Below are positions 11,901-25,100 of a stretch of 64,000 nt of DNA, one piece after another (the stretch's first letter is position 1; each line of letters starts with the position of its first letter). The translations under genes were made by a program, and so were the position numbers. Origin of the DNA: Eledone cirrhosa. Its lineage: Eukaryota. Location: contig OZ024741.1 of the NCBI GenBank assembly GCA_964016885.1, positions 5,518,001 to 5,582,000 of the forward strand. The letters run 5' to 3'. The notes under the pieces were generated by a model. The model made no database searches. It had not been told where the DNA came from and worked only from the letters and a program-made list of their open reading frames with translations.

Positions 11901-14747
11901 GTGGTCCACTTGTGGAGGTTATTACAGTGGTCAACTTGAGGTTATTACAGTGGTCCACTTGAGGAGGTTATTACAGTGGTCCACTTGAAGAGGTTATTAC
12001 AGTGGTCCACTTGAGGTTATTACAGTGGTCCACTTGAGGAGGTTATTACAGTGGTCCACTTCAGGTTATTACAGTGGTCCACTTGAGGTGGCTATTACAG
12101 TGGTCCACTTGAGGAGGCTATTACAGTGGTCCACTTGAGGAGGTTATTACAGTGGTCCACTTGAGGAGGTTATTACAGTGGTCCACTTGAGGTGGCTATT
12201 ACAGTGGTTCACTTGAGGTTATTACAGTGGTCCAATTGAGGAGGTTATTACAGTGGTCCACTTGAGGTTATTACAGTGGTCCAATTGAGGAGGTTATTAC
12301 AGTGGTCCACTTGAGGAGGTTATTACAGTGGTCCACTTGAGGTTATTACAGTCTTCCACTTGAGGTGGTTACTACAGTGGTCCACTTGAGGAGGTTATTA
12401 CAGTGGTCCACTTGAGGTTATTACAGTGGTCCACTTGAGGACGCTATTACAGTGGTCCACTTAAGGTTATTACAGTGGTCCACTTGAGGAGGTTATTACA
12501 GTGGTCCACTTGAGGCTATTACAGTGGTCCACTTGAGGAGGCCATTACAGTGGTCCACTTGAGGTTATTACAGTGGTCCACTTGAGGAGGCTATTACAGC
12601 GGTCCACTTGAGGTTATTACAGTGGTCCACTTGAGGTTATTACAGTGGTCCACTTGAGGAGGCTATTACAGTGGTCCACTTGAGAAGGTTATTACAGTGG
12701 CCCACTTGAGGTTATAACAGTGGTCCACTTGAGGATGTTTTTAGAGTTGTCCACTTGAGGAGGTTATTACAGTGGTCCAATTGAGAAGGGTATTACAGTG
12801 GTCCACTTGAGGAGGCTATTACAGTGGTCCACTTGAGAAGGTCATTACAGTGGCCCACTTGAGGTTATTACAGTGGTCCACTTGAGGATGTTTTTAGAGT
12901 TGTCCACTTGAGGAGGTTATTACAGTGGTCCAATTGAGAAGGTTATTACAGTGGTCCACTTGAGGTCATTACAGTGGTCCACTTGAGGTGGTTATTACAG
13001 CGGTCCACTTGAGGTTATTAAAGTAGTCCAATTGAGGTTATTACAGTGGTCCACTTGAGGTTATTCCAGTGGTCCACTTGAGGAGGTTATTACAGTGGTC
13101 CACTTGAGGTTATTACAGTGGTCCACTTGAGGTTATTACAGTGGTCCACTTGTAGGGGTTATTACAGTGGTGCACATCAGGTTATTACAGTGGTCCACAT
13201 GAGGTGGCTATTACAGTGGTCCACTTGAGGAGGTTATTACAGTGGTCCACTTGAGGTTATTACAGTGGTCCACTTGAGGTTATTACAGTGGTCCACTTGA
13301 GAAGGTTATTACAGTGGTCCACTTGAGGAGGTTATTACAATGGTCCACTTGGGGAGGTTATTACAGTGGTCCACATGAGGTGGCTATTACAGTGGTCCAC
13401 TTGAGGAGGTTATTACAGTGGTCCACTTGAGGTTATTACAGTGGTCCACTTGAGGTTATTACAGTGGTCCACTTGAGAAGGTTATTACAGTGGTCCACTT
13501 GAGGAGGTCATTACAGTGGTCCACTTGAGGTGGTTATTACAGCGGTCCAATTGAGGTTATTAAAGTAGTCCAATTGAGGTTATTACAGTGGTCCACTTGA
13601 GGTTATTCCAGTGGTCCACTTGAGGAGGTTATTACAGTGGTCCACTTGAGGTTATTACAGTGGTCCACTTGAGGTTATTACAGTGGTCCACTTGTAGGGG
13701 TTATTACAGTGGTGCACATCAGGTTATTACAGTGGTCCACATGAGGTGGCTATTACAGTGGTCCACTTGAGGAGGTTATTACAGTGGTCCACTTGAGGTT
13801 ATTACAGTGGTCCACTTGAGGTTATTACAGTGGTCCACTTGAGAAGGTTATTACAGTGGTCCACTTGAGGAGGTTATTACAATGGTCCACTTGGGGAGGT
13901 TATTACAGTGGTCCTCTTGAGGAGGCTATTACAGTGGTCCACTTGATGTTATTACAGTCGTCCACTTGAGGAGGTTATTACAGTGGTCCACTTGAGGAGG
14001 CTATTACAGTGGTCCACTTGAGGTTATTACAGTGGTCCACTTGAGGAGGTTATTACAGTGGTCCACTTGAGGAGGTTATTACAGTGGTCCACTTGAGGTT
14101 AATACAGAGGTCCACTTGAGGAGGTTATTACAGTGGTCCACTTGAGGTTATTACAGTGGTCCATTTGAGGAGGTTATTACAGTGGTCCACTTGAGGAGGT
14201 TATTACAGTGGTCCACTTGAGGTTATTACAGTGGTCCACTTGTAGAGGTTATTACAGTGGTGCACTTCAGGTTATTACAGTGATCCACATGAGGATTTTA
14301 TTACAGTGGTCCACTTGAGGTAGCTATTACAGTGGTCCACTTGAGGAGGTTATTACAGTGGTCCACTTTAGGTTATTACAGTGGTCCACCTGAGGTTATT
14401 ACAGTGGTCCACTTGAGGAGGTTATTACAGTGGTCCACTTCAGGTTATTACAGTGGTGCACTTGAGGAGCCTATTACAGTGGTCCACTTGAGGTTATTAA
14501 AGTGGTCCACTTGAGGAGGTTATTAGAGTGGTATATTTTAGGTGGCTATTACAGTGGTCCACTTGAGGAGGTTATTACAGTGGTCCACTTGAGGAGGTTA
14601 TTACAGTGGTCCACTTGAGGAGGTTATTACAGTGGTCCACTTGAGGTTATTACAGTGGTCCACGTGAGGAGGCTATTACAGTGGTCCACTTGAGGTGGCT
14701 ATTACAGTGGTCCACTTGACGAGGTTATTACGGTGGTCCACTTGAGG
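2920..14747 (+). repeat. Block Y (about 11.8 kb), dispersed copy 1
   Basis: Matches 37661-49286. Offset 34,741: ORF 3652/38393 and gtgggtgg 3975/38716. Offset 34,539: ORFs 7555/42094, 9813/44352, 14332/48871 and GTCGAC 7702/42241. Confidence 0.92.
12965..13910 (+). repeat. 542-bp tandem duplication with a nested 176-bp repeat; also at about 47504-48449, 55894-56839 and 60304-61249
   Basis: ggtca (C at 12967/13509) and tgcacatcagg (13171/13713) are 542 apart. ccacatgaggtggct at 13195/13371 is 176 apart. Confidence 0.88.
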
Positions 14748-17700
14748 TTTTTACAGTGGTCCACTTGAGGTTATTACAGTGGTCCACTTGAGGAGGCTAT
14801 TACAGTGGTCCACTTGATGTTATTACAGTTGTCCACTTGAGGAAGCTATTACAGTGGTCCACTTGAGGTTATTACAGTGGTCCACTTGAGGAGGCTATTA
14901 CAGTTGTCCACTTGATGTTATTACAGTGGTCCACTTGTGGAGGTTATTACAGTGGTCCACTTGAGGTTTTTACAGTGGTCCACTTGAGGTTATTACAGTG
15001 GTCCACTTGAGGAGGCTATTACAGTGGTCCACTTGATGTTATTACAGTTGTCCACTTGAGGAAGCTATTACAGTGGTCCACTTGAGGTTATTACAGTGGT
15101 CCACTTGAGGAGGCTATTACAGTGGTCCACTTGAGGTTATTACAGTGGTCCACTTGAGGAGGCTATTACAGTTGTCCACTTGATGTTATTACAGTGGTCC
15201 ACTTGTGGAGGTTATTACAGTGGTCCACTTGAGGTTATTACAGTGGTCGACTTGAGCTTATTACAGTGGTCCACTTGAGGGGGCTATTACAGTGGTCCAC
15301 TTGAGGAGGTTATTACAGTGGTCCACTTGAGGTTATTACAGTGGTCCACGTGAGGTTATTACAGTGGTCCACGTGAGGAGGCTATTACAGTGGTCCACTT
15401 GAGGTGGCTATTACAGTGGTCCACTTGACGAGGTTATTACGGTGGTCCACTTGAGGTTTTTACAGTGGTCCACTTGAGGTTATTACAGTGGTCCACTTGA
15501 GGAGGCTATTACAGTGGTCCACTTGATGTTATTACAGTTGTCCACTTGAGGAAGCTATTACAGTGGTCCACTTGAGGTTATTACAGTGGTCCACTTGAGG
15601 AGGCTATTACAGTTGTCCACTTGATGTTATTACAGTGGTCCACTTGTGGAGGTTATTACAGTGGTCCACTTGAGGTTTTTACAGTGGTCCACTTGAGGTT
15701 ATTACAGTGGTCCACTTGAGGAGGCTATTACAGTGGTCCACTTGATGTTATTACAGTTGTCCACTTGAGGAAGCTATTACAGTGGTCCACTTGAGGTTAT
15801 TACAGTGGTCCACTTGAGGAGGCTATTACAGTGGTCCACTTGAGGTTATTACAGTGGTCCACTTGAGGAGGCTATTACAGTTGTCCACTTGATGTTATTA
15901 CAGTGGTCCACTTGTGGAGGTTATTACAGTGGTCCACTTGAGGTTATTACAGTGGTCGACTTGAGCTTATTACAGTGGTCCACTTGAGGGGGCTATTACA
16001 GTGGTCCACTTGAGAAGGTTATTACAGTGGTCCACTTGAGGTTATTACAGTGGTCCACTTGAGGAGTTTATTACAGTGGTCCACTTGAGGGGTTATTACA
16101 GTTGTCCACTTGAGAAGGTTATTACAGTGGTCCACTTGAGGAGGTTATTACAGTGGTCCACTTGATGTTATTACAGTGGTCCACTTGAGGAGGCTATTAC
16201 AGTGGTCCACTTGAGGAGGTTATTACAGTGGTCCACTTGAGGAGGCTATTACAGTGGTCTACTTGAGGTTATTACAGTGGTCCACTTGAGGGGGTTATTA
16301 CAGTGGTCCACTTGAGGTTATTACAGTGGTCCACTTGAGGAGGTTATTACAGTGGTCCAATTGAGGAGGTTATTACAGTGGTCCACTTGAGGTTATTACA
16401 GTGGACCAATTGTGGAGGTTATTACAGTGGTCCGCTTGAGGAGGTTATTACAGTGGTCCACTTGAGGTTATTACAGTGGTCCACTTGAGGAGGTTATTAC
16501 AGTGCTCCACTTGAGGTTATTACAGTGGTCCACTTGAGGAGGTTATTACAGTGGTCCGTTTGAGGAGGTTATTACAGTGGTCCACTTGAGGTTATTACAG
16601 TGGTCCACTTGAGGAGGTTATTACAGTGGTCCACTTGAGGAGGTTATTAGAGTGGTCCACTTGAGGAGGTTATTACAGAGGTCCAATTGAGGAGGTTATT
16701 ACAGTGGTCCACTTGAGGAGGTTATTACAGTGGTCCAGTTGAGGTTATTACAGTGGTACACTAGAGGAGGTTATTACAGTGGTCCACTTGAGGTTATTAC
16801 AGTGGTCCACTTGAGGAGGTTATTACAGTGGTCCACTTGAGGTTATTACAGTGGTCCACTTGAGGAGGCTATTACAGTGGTCCACTTGAGGTTATTACAG
16901 TGGTCCACTTGAGGAGGTTATTACAGTGGTCCACTTGAGGTTATTACAGTGGTCCACTTGAGGAGGTTATTACAGTGGTCCAATTGAGGAGGTTATTACA
17001 GTGGTCCACTTGATGTTATTACAGTGGGCCACTAGAGGAGGTTATTACAGTGGTCCACTTGAGGTTATTACAGTGGTCCACTTGAGGAGGCTATTACAGT
17101 GGTCCACTTGAGGAGGTTATTACAGTGGTCCACTTGAGGAGGTTATTACAGTAGTCCACTTGAGGTGGTTATTACAGTGGTCCACTTGAGGTGGTTATTA
17201 CAGTGGTCCACTTGAGGAGGCTATTACAGTGGTCCACTTGAGGAGGTTATTACAGTGGTCCACTTGAGGTTATTACAGTGGTCCACTTGAGGTTATTATA
17301 GTGGTTCACTTGAGGAGGCTATTACAGTGGTCCACTTGAGGTTATTACAGTGGTCCACTTGAGCAGGTTATTACAGTGGTCCACTTGAGAAGGCTATTAC
17401 AGTGGTCCACTTGAGAAGGTTATTACAGTGGTCCACTTGAGGTTATTACAGTGGACCATTTGAGGAGGTTATTACAGTGCTCCACTTGAGGAGGTTATTA
17501 CAGTGGTCCACTTGAGGAGGTTATTACAGTGGTCCACTTGAGGAGGTTATTACAGTGGTCCACTTGAGGAGGTTATTACAGTGGTCCACTTGAGGTGGCT
17601 ATTACAGTGGTTCACTTGAGGTTATTACATTGGTCCAATTGAGGAGGTTATTACAGTGGTCCACTTGAGGTTATTACAATGGTCCAATTGAGGAGGTTAT

Positions 17701-20700
17701 TACAGTGGTCCACTTGAGGAGGCTATTACAATGGTCCACTTGAGGTTATTACAGTGGTCCACTTGAGGAGGTTAATACAGTGGTCCACTTGAGTTTATTA
17801 CAGTGGTCCACTTGAGGAGGCTATTACAGTGGTCCACTTGAATAGGTTATTACAGTGGTCCACTTGAGGTTATTACAGTGGTCCACTTGTGGAGGCTATT
17901 ACAGTGGTCCACTTGAGGTTATTACAGTGGTCCACTTGAGGAGGTTATTACAGTGGTCCACTTGAGGTTATTACAGTGGTCCACTTGAGGAGGCTATTAC
18001 AGTGGTCCATTTGAGGTTATTACAGTGGTCCACTTGAGGAGGTTATTACAGTGGTCCCCTTGAGGTTATTACAGTGGTCCACTTGAGGTTATTACAGTTG
18101 TCCACTTGATGTTATTACAGTGGTCCACTTGAGGAGGCTATTACAGTGGTCCACTTGAGGTTATTACAGTGATCCACTTGAGGAGGTTATTACAGTGGTC
18201 CACTTGAGGTTATTACAGTGATCCACTTGAGGTTATTACAGTGGTCCACTTGAGGAGGCTATTACAGTGGTCCACTTGAGGTTATTACAGTTGTCCACTT
18301 GAGGAAGCTATTACAGTGGTCCACTTGAGGTTATTACAGTGGTCCACTTGAGGAGGCTATTACAGTGGTCCACTTGATGTTATTACAGTGGTCCACTTGT
18401 GGAGGTTATTACAGTGGTCCACTTGAGGGGGCTATTACAGTGGTCCACTTGAGAAGGTTATTACAGTGGTCCACTTGAGGTTATTACAGTGGTCCACTTG
18501 AGGAGTTTATTACAGTGGTCCACTTGAGGGGTTATTACAGTGGTCCACTTGAGAAGGTTATTACAGTGGTCCACTTGAGGAGGTTATTACAGTGGTCCAC
18601 TTGATGTTATTACAGTGGTCCACTTGAGGAGGCTATTACATTGGTCCACTTGAGGAGGTTATTACAGTGGTCCACTTGAGGAGGCTATTACAGTGGTCTA
18701 CTTGAGGTTATTACAGTGGTCCACTTGAGGGGGTTATTACAGTGGTTCCACTTGAGGTTATTACAGTGGTCCACTTGAGGAGGTTATTACAGTGGTCCAA
18801 TTGAGGAGGTTATTACAGTGGTCCACTTGAGGTTATTACAGTGGACCAATTGAGGAGGTTATTACAGTGGTCCGCTTGAGGAGGTTATTACAGTGGTCCA
18901 CTTGAGGTTATTACAGTGGTCCACTTGAGGAGGTTATTACAGTGGTCCACTTGAGGTTATTACAGTGGTCCACTTGAGGAGGTTATTACAGTGGTCCGTT
19001 TGAGGAGGTTATTACAGTGGTCCACTTGAGGTTATTACAGTGGTCCACTTGAGGAGGTTATTAAAGTGGTCCAATTGAGGAGGTTATTACAGTGGTCCAC
19101 TTGAGGAGGTTATTACAGTGGTCCACTTGAGGAGGTTATTACAGTGGTCCAATTGAGGAGGTTATTACAGTGGTCCACTTGAGGAGGTTATTACAATGGT
19201 CCAGTTGAGGTTATTACAGTGGTACAATAGAGGAGGTTTTTACAGTGGTCCACTTGAGGTTATTACAGTGGTCCACTTGAGGAGGTTATTACAGTGGTCC
19301 ACTTGAGGTTATTACAGTGGTCCACTTGAGGAGGCTATTACAGTGGTCCACTTGAGGTTATTACAGTGGTCCACTTGAGGAGGTTATTACAGTGGTCCAC
19401 TTGAGGTTATTACAGTGGTCCACTTGAGGAGGTTATTACAGTGGTCCAATTGAGGAGGTTATTACAGTGGTCCACTTGAGGTTATTACAGTAGGCCACTA
19501 GAGGAGGTTATTACAGTGGTCCACTTGAGGTTATTACAGTGGTCCACTTGAGGAGGCTATTACAGTGGTCCACTTGAGGAGGTTATTACAGTGGTCCACT
19601 TGAGGAGGTTATTACAGTAGTCCACTTGAGGTGGTTATTACAGTGGTCCACTTGAGGTGGTTATTACAGTGGTCCACTTGAGGAGGCTATTACAGTGGTC
19701 CACTTGAGGAGGTTATTACAGTGGTCCACTTGAGGTTATTACAGTGGTCCACTTGAGGTTATTATAGTGGTCCACTTGAGGAGGCTATTACAGTGGTCCA
19801 CTTGAGGTTATTACAGTGGTCCACTTGAGGAGGCTATTAAAGTGGTCCACTTGAGGTTATTACAGTGATCCACTTGAGGAGGCTATTACAGTGGTCCACT
19901 TGAGGTTATTTCAGTGATCCACTTGAGGAGGTTATTACAGTGGTCCACTTGAGGTTATTACAGTGGTCCACTTGAGGTTATTACAGTGGTCCACTTGAGG
20001 GGGCTATTACAGTGGTCCACTTGAGAAGGTTATTACAGTGGTCAAGTTGAGGTTATTACAGTGGTCCCCTTGAGGAGGCTATTACAGTGGTCCACTTGAG
20101 AATGCTATTACAGTGGTCCACTTGAGGTTATTACAGTGGTCCACTTGAGAATGCTATTACATTGTCCACTTGAGAAGGTTATTACAGTGGTCCACTTGAG
20201 GTTATTACAGTGGACCATTTGAGGAGGTTATTACAGTGCTCCACTTGAGGAGGTTATTACAGTGATCCACTTGAGGAGGCTATTACAGTGGTCCACTTGA
20301 GGAGGTTATTACAGTGGTCCACTTGAGGAGGTTATTACAGTGGTCCACTTGAGGTGGCTATTACAGTGGTTCACTTGAGGTTATTACAGTGGTCCAATTG
20401 AGGAGGTTATTACAGTGGTCCACTTGAGGTTATTACAGTGGTCCAATTGAGGAGGTTATTACAGTGGTCCACTTGAGGAGGCTATTACAGTGGTCCACTT
20501 GAGGTTATTACAGTGGTCCACTTGAGGAGGTTAATACAGTGGTCCACTTGAGGTTATTACAGTGGTCCACTTGAGGAGGCTATAACAGTGGTCCACTTGA
20601 GGAGGTTATTACAGTGGTCCACTTGAGGTTATTACAGTGGTCCACTTGTGGAGGCAATTACAGTGGTCCACTTGAGGTTATTACAGTGGTCCACTTGAGG

Positions 20701-23700
20701 AGGTTATTACAGTGGTCCACTTGAGGTTATTACAGTGGTCCAATTGAGGAGGCTATTACAGTGGTCCACTTGAGGTTATTACAGTGGTCCACTTGAGGAG
20801 GTTATTACAGTGGTCCACTTGAGGTTATTATAGTAGTCCACTTGAGGAGGCTATTACAGTGGTCCACTTGAGAAGGTTATTACAGTGGTCCACTTGAGGT
20901 TATTACAGTGGACCATTTGAGGAGGTTATTACAGTGGTCCAATTGAGGAGGTTATTACAGTGGTCCACTTGAGGTTATTACAGTGGTCCACTTGAGGAGG
21001 TTATTACAGTGGTCCACTTGAGGTTATTACAGTGTTCCACTTGAGGTGGTTACTACAGTGGTCCATTTGAGGAGGTTATTACAGTGGTCCACTTGAGGTT
21101 ATTACAGTGGTCCACTTGAGGAGGCTATTACAGTGGTCCACTTAAGGTTATTAAAGTGGTCCACTTGAGGAGGTTATTACAGTGGCCCACTTGAGGAGGT
21201 TATTACAGTGGTCCACTTGAGGCTATTACAGTGGTCCACTTGAGGAGGCCATTACAGTGGTCCACTTGAGGTTATTACAGTGGTCCACTTGAGGAGGTTA
21301 TTACAGTGGTCCACTTGAGGTTATTACAGTGGTCCACTTGAGGAGGTTATTACAGTGGTCCAATTGAGAAGGGTATTACAGTGGTCCACTTGAGGAGGCT
21401 ATTACAGTGGTCCACTTGAGAAGGTTATTACAGTGGCCCACTTGAGGTTATTACAGTGGTCCACTTGAGGATGTTTTTAGAGTTGTCCACTTGAGGAGGT
21501 TATTACAGTGGTCCAATTGAGAAGGTTATTACAGTGGTCCACTTTAGGTCATTCCAGTGGTCCACTTGAGGTGGTTATTACAGCGGTCCACTTGAGATTA
21601 TTAAAGTAGTCCAATTGAGGTTATTACAGTGGTCCACTTGAGGTTATTACAGTGGTCCACTTGAGGTTATTACAGTGGTCCACTTGTAGAGGTTATTACA
21701 GTGGTGCACTTCAGGTTATTACAGTGGTCCACATGAGGATTTTATTACAGTGGTCCACTTGATGTGGCTATTACAGTGGTCCACTTGAGGAGGTTATTAC
21801 AGTGGTCCACTTGAGGTTATTACAGTGGTCCACTTGAGGTTATTACAGTGGTCCACTTGAGAAGGTTATTACAGTGGTCCACTTGAGGAGGTTATTACAG
21901 TGGTCCACTTGGGGAGGTTATTACAGTGGTCCACTTGAGGAGGCTATTACAGTGGTCCACTTGAGGTTATTACAGTGGTCCACTTGAGGAGGTTATTACA
22001 GTGGTCCACTTGAGGAGGTTATTACAGTGGTCCACTTGAGGAGGTTATTACAGTGGTCCACTTGAGGAGGCTATTACAGTGGTCCACTTGAGGTTATTAC
22101 AGTGGTCCACTTGAGGAGGTTATTACAGTGGTCCACTTGAGGAGGTTATTACAGTGGTCCACTTGAGGTTAATACAGTGGTCCACTTGAGGAGGTTATTA
22201 CAGTGGTCCACTTGAGGATATTACAGTGGTCCATTTGAGGAGGTTATTACAGTGGTCCACTTGAGGAGGTTATTACAGTGGTCCACTTGAGGTTATTACA
22301 GTGGTCCACTTGTAGAGGTTATTACAGTGGTGCACTTCAGGTTATTACAGTGGTCCACATGAGGATTTTATTACAGTGGTCCACTTGAGGTAGCTATTAC
22401 AGTGGTCCACTTGAGGTGGTTATTACAGTGGTCCACTTTAGGTTATTACAGTGGTCCACCTGAGGTTATTACAGTGGTCCACTTGAGGAGGTTATTACAG
22501 TGGTCCACTTCAGGTTATTACAGTGGTGCACTTGAGGAGCCTATTACAGTGGTCCACTTGAGGTTATTAAAGTGGTCCACTTGAGGAGGTTATTACAGTG
22601 GTCCACTTGAGGTTATTACAGTGGTCCACGTGAGGAGGCTATTACAGTGGTCCACTTGAGGTGGCTATTACAGTGGAACACTTGAGGAGGCTATTACAGT
22701 GGTCCACTTGAGGTTATTACAGTGGTCCACTTGAGGAGGCTATTAAAGAGGTCCACTTGAGGTTATTACAGTGGTCTTCTTGATGTTATTACAGTGGTCC
22801 ACTTGAAGTTATTACAGTGGTCCACTTGAGGAGGCTATTACAGAGGTCCACTTGAGATTATTACGGTGGTCCACTTGAGGAGGTTATTACAGTGGTCCAT
22901 TTAAGGAGGTTATTACAGTGGTCCACTTGAGGAGACTATTACAGTGGTCCACTTGAGGAGGTTATTACAGTGGTCCACTTGAGGAGGTTATTACAGTGGT
23001 CCACTTGAGGTTATTACAGTGGTCCAATTGAGAAGGTTATTACAGTGGTCCACTTGAGGAGGCTATTACAGTGGTCCACTTGAGGAGGTTATTACAGTGG
23101 TCCATTTGAGCTCATTACAGTGGTCCACTTGAGGAGGTTATTACAGTGGTCCACTTGAGGAGGTTATTACAGTGGTCCACTTGAGTTTATTACAGTGGTC
23201 CACTTGAGGAGGCTATTACAGTGGTCCACTTGAGTTTATTACAGTGGTCCACTTGAGGAGGCTATTACAGTGGTCCATTTGAGGTTATTACAGTGGTCCA
23301 CTTGAGGAGGTTATTACACTGGTCCACTTGAGGTTATTACAGTGGTCCACTTGAGGTTATTACAGTGGTCCACTTGAGGAGGCTATTACAGTGGTCCACT
23401 TGAGGTTATTACAGTGAGCCACTTGGGGAGGTTATTACAGTGGTCCACTTGAGGTTATTACAGTGGTCCACTTGAGGTTATTACAGTGGTCCACTTGAGG
23501 AGGCTATTACAGTGGTCCACTTTAGGTTATTACAGTTGTCCACTTGAGGAAGCTATTACAGTGGTCCACTTGAGGAGGCTATTACAGTGGTCCACTTGAG
23601 GTTATTACAGTGGTCCACTTGAGGTTATTACAGTGGTCCACTTGAGGAGGCTATTACAGTGGTCCACTTGATGTTATTACAGTGGTCCACTTGTGGAGGT

Positions 23701-25100
23701 TATTACAGTGGTCCACTTGAGGTTATTACAGTGGTCGACTTGAGGTTATTACAGTGGTCCACTTGAGGGGGCTATTACAGTGGTCCACTCGAGAAGGTTG
23801 TTACAGAGGTCCACTTGAGGTTATTACAGTGGTCCACTTGAGGAGTTTATTACAGTGGTCCACTTGAGGAGTTATTACAGTGGTCCACTTGAGAAGGTTA
23901 TTACAGTGGTCCACTTGAGGAGGTTATTACAGTGGTCCACTTGATGTTATTACAGTGGTCCACTTGAGGAGGCTATTACAGTGGTCCACTTGAGGAGGTT
24001 ATTACAGTGGTCCACTTGAGGAGGCTATTACAGTGGTCTACTTGAGGTTATTACAGTGGTCCACTTGAGGGGGTTATTACAGTGGTCCACTTGAGGTTAT
24101 TACAGTGGTCCACTTGAGGAGGTTATTACAGTGGTCCAATTGAGGAGGTTATTACAGTGGTCCACTTGAGGTTATTACAGTGGACCAATTGAGGAGGTTA
24201 TTACAGTGGTCCGCTTAAGGAGATTATTACAGTGGTCCACTTGAGGTTATTACAGTGGTCCACTTGAGGAGGTTATTACAGTGGTCCACTTGATGTTATT
24301 ACAGTGGTCCACTTGAGGAGGTTATTACAGTGGTCCGTTTGAGGAGGTTATTACAGTGGTCCACTTGAGGTTATTACAGTGGTCCACTTGAGGAGGTTAT
24401 TACAGTGGTCCAATTGAGGAGGTTATTACAGTGGTCCACTTGAGGAGGTTATTACAGTAGTCCACTTGAGGAGGTTATTACAGTGGTCCAGTTGAGGTTA
24501 TTACAGTGGTACACTAGAGGTGGTTATTACAGTGGTCCACTTGAGGTTATTACAGTGGTCCACTTGAGGAGGTTATTACAGTGGTCCACTTGAGGTTATT
24601 ACAGTGGTCCACTTGAGGAGGCTATTACAGTGGTCCACTTGAGGTTATTACAGTGGTCCTCTTGAGGAGGTTATTACAGTGGTCCACTTGAGGTTATTAC
24701 AGTGGTCCACTTGAGGAGGTTATTACAGTGGTCCACTTGAGGTTATTACAGTGGTCCACTTGAGGTTATTACAGTGGGCCACTAGAGGAGGTTATTACAG
24801 TGGTCCACTTGAGGTTATTACAGTGGTCCACTTGAGGAGGCTATTACAGTGGTCCACTTGAGGAGGTTATTACAGTGGTCCACTTGAGGAGGTTATTACA
24901 GTGGTCCAATTGAGAAGGTTATTACAGTGGTCCACTTGAGGTGGTTATTACAGTGGTCCACTTGAGGAGGCTATTACAGTGGTCCACTTGAGGAGGTTAT
25001 TACAGTGGTCCACTTGAGGTTATTACAGTGGTCCACTTGAGGTTATTATAGTGGTCCACTTGAGGAGGCTATTACAGTGGTCCACTTGAGGTTATTACAG
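13790..25100 (+). repeat. Block X (about 11.3 kb), first copy of a tandem duplication
   Basis: Offsets to the next copy are 11,293 (ORF 14332/25625, gtggttccac 18742/30035), 11,316 (22402/33718), 11,384 (CTCGAG 23788/35172, GTCGAC 23734/35118) and 11,361 at the end. Confidence 0.93.
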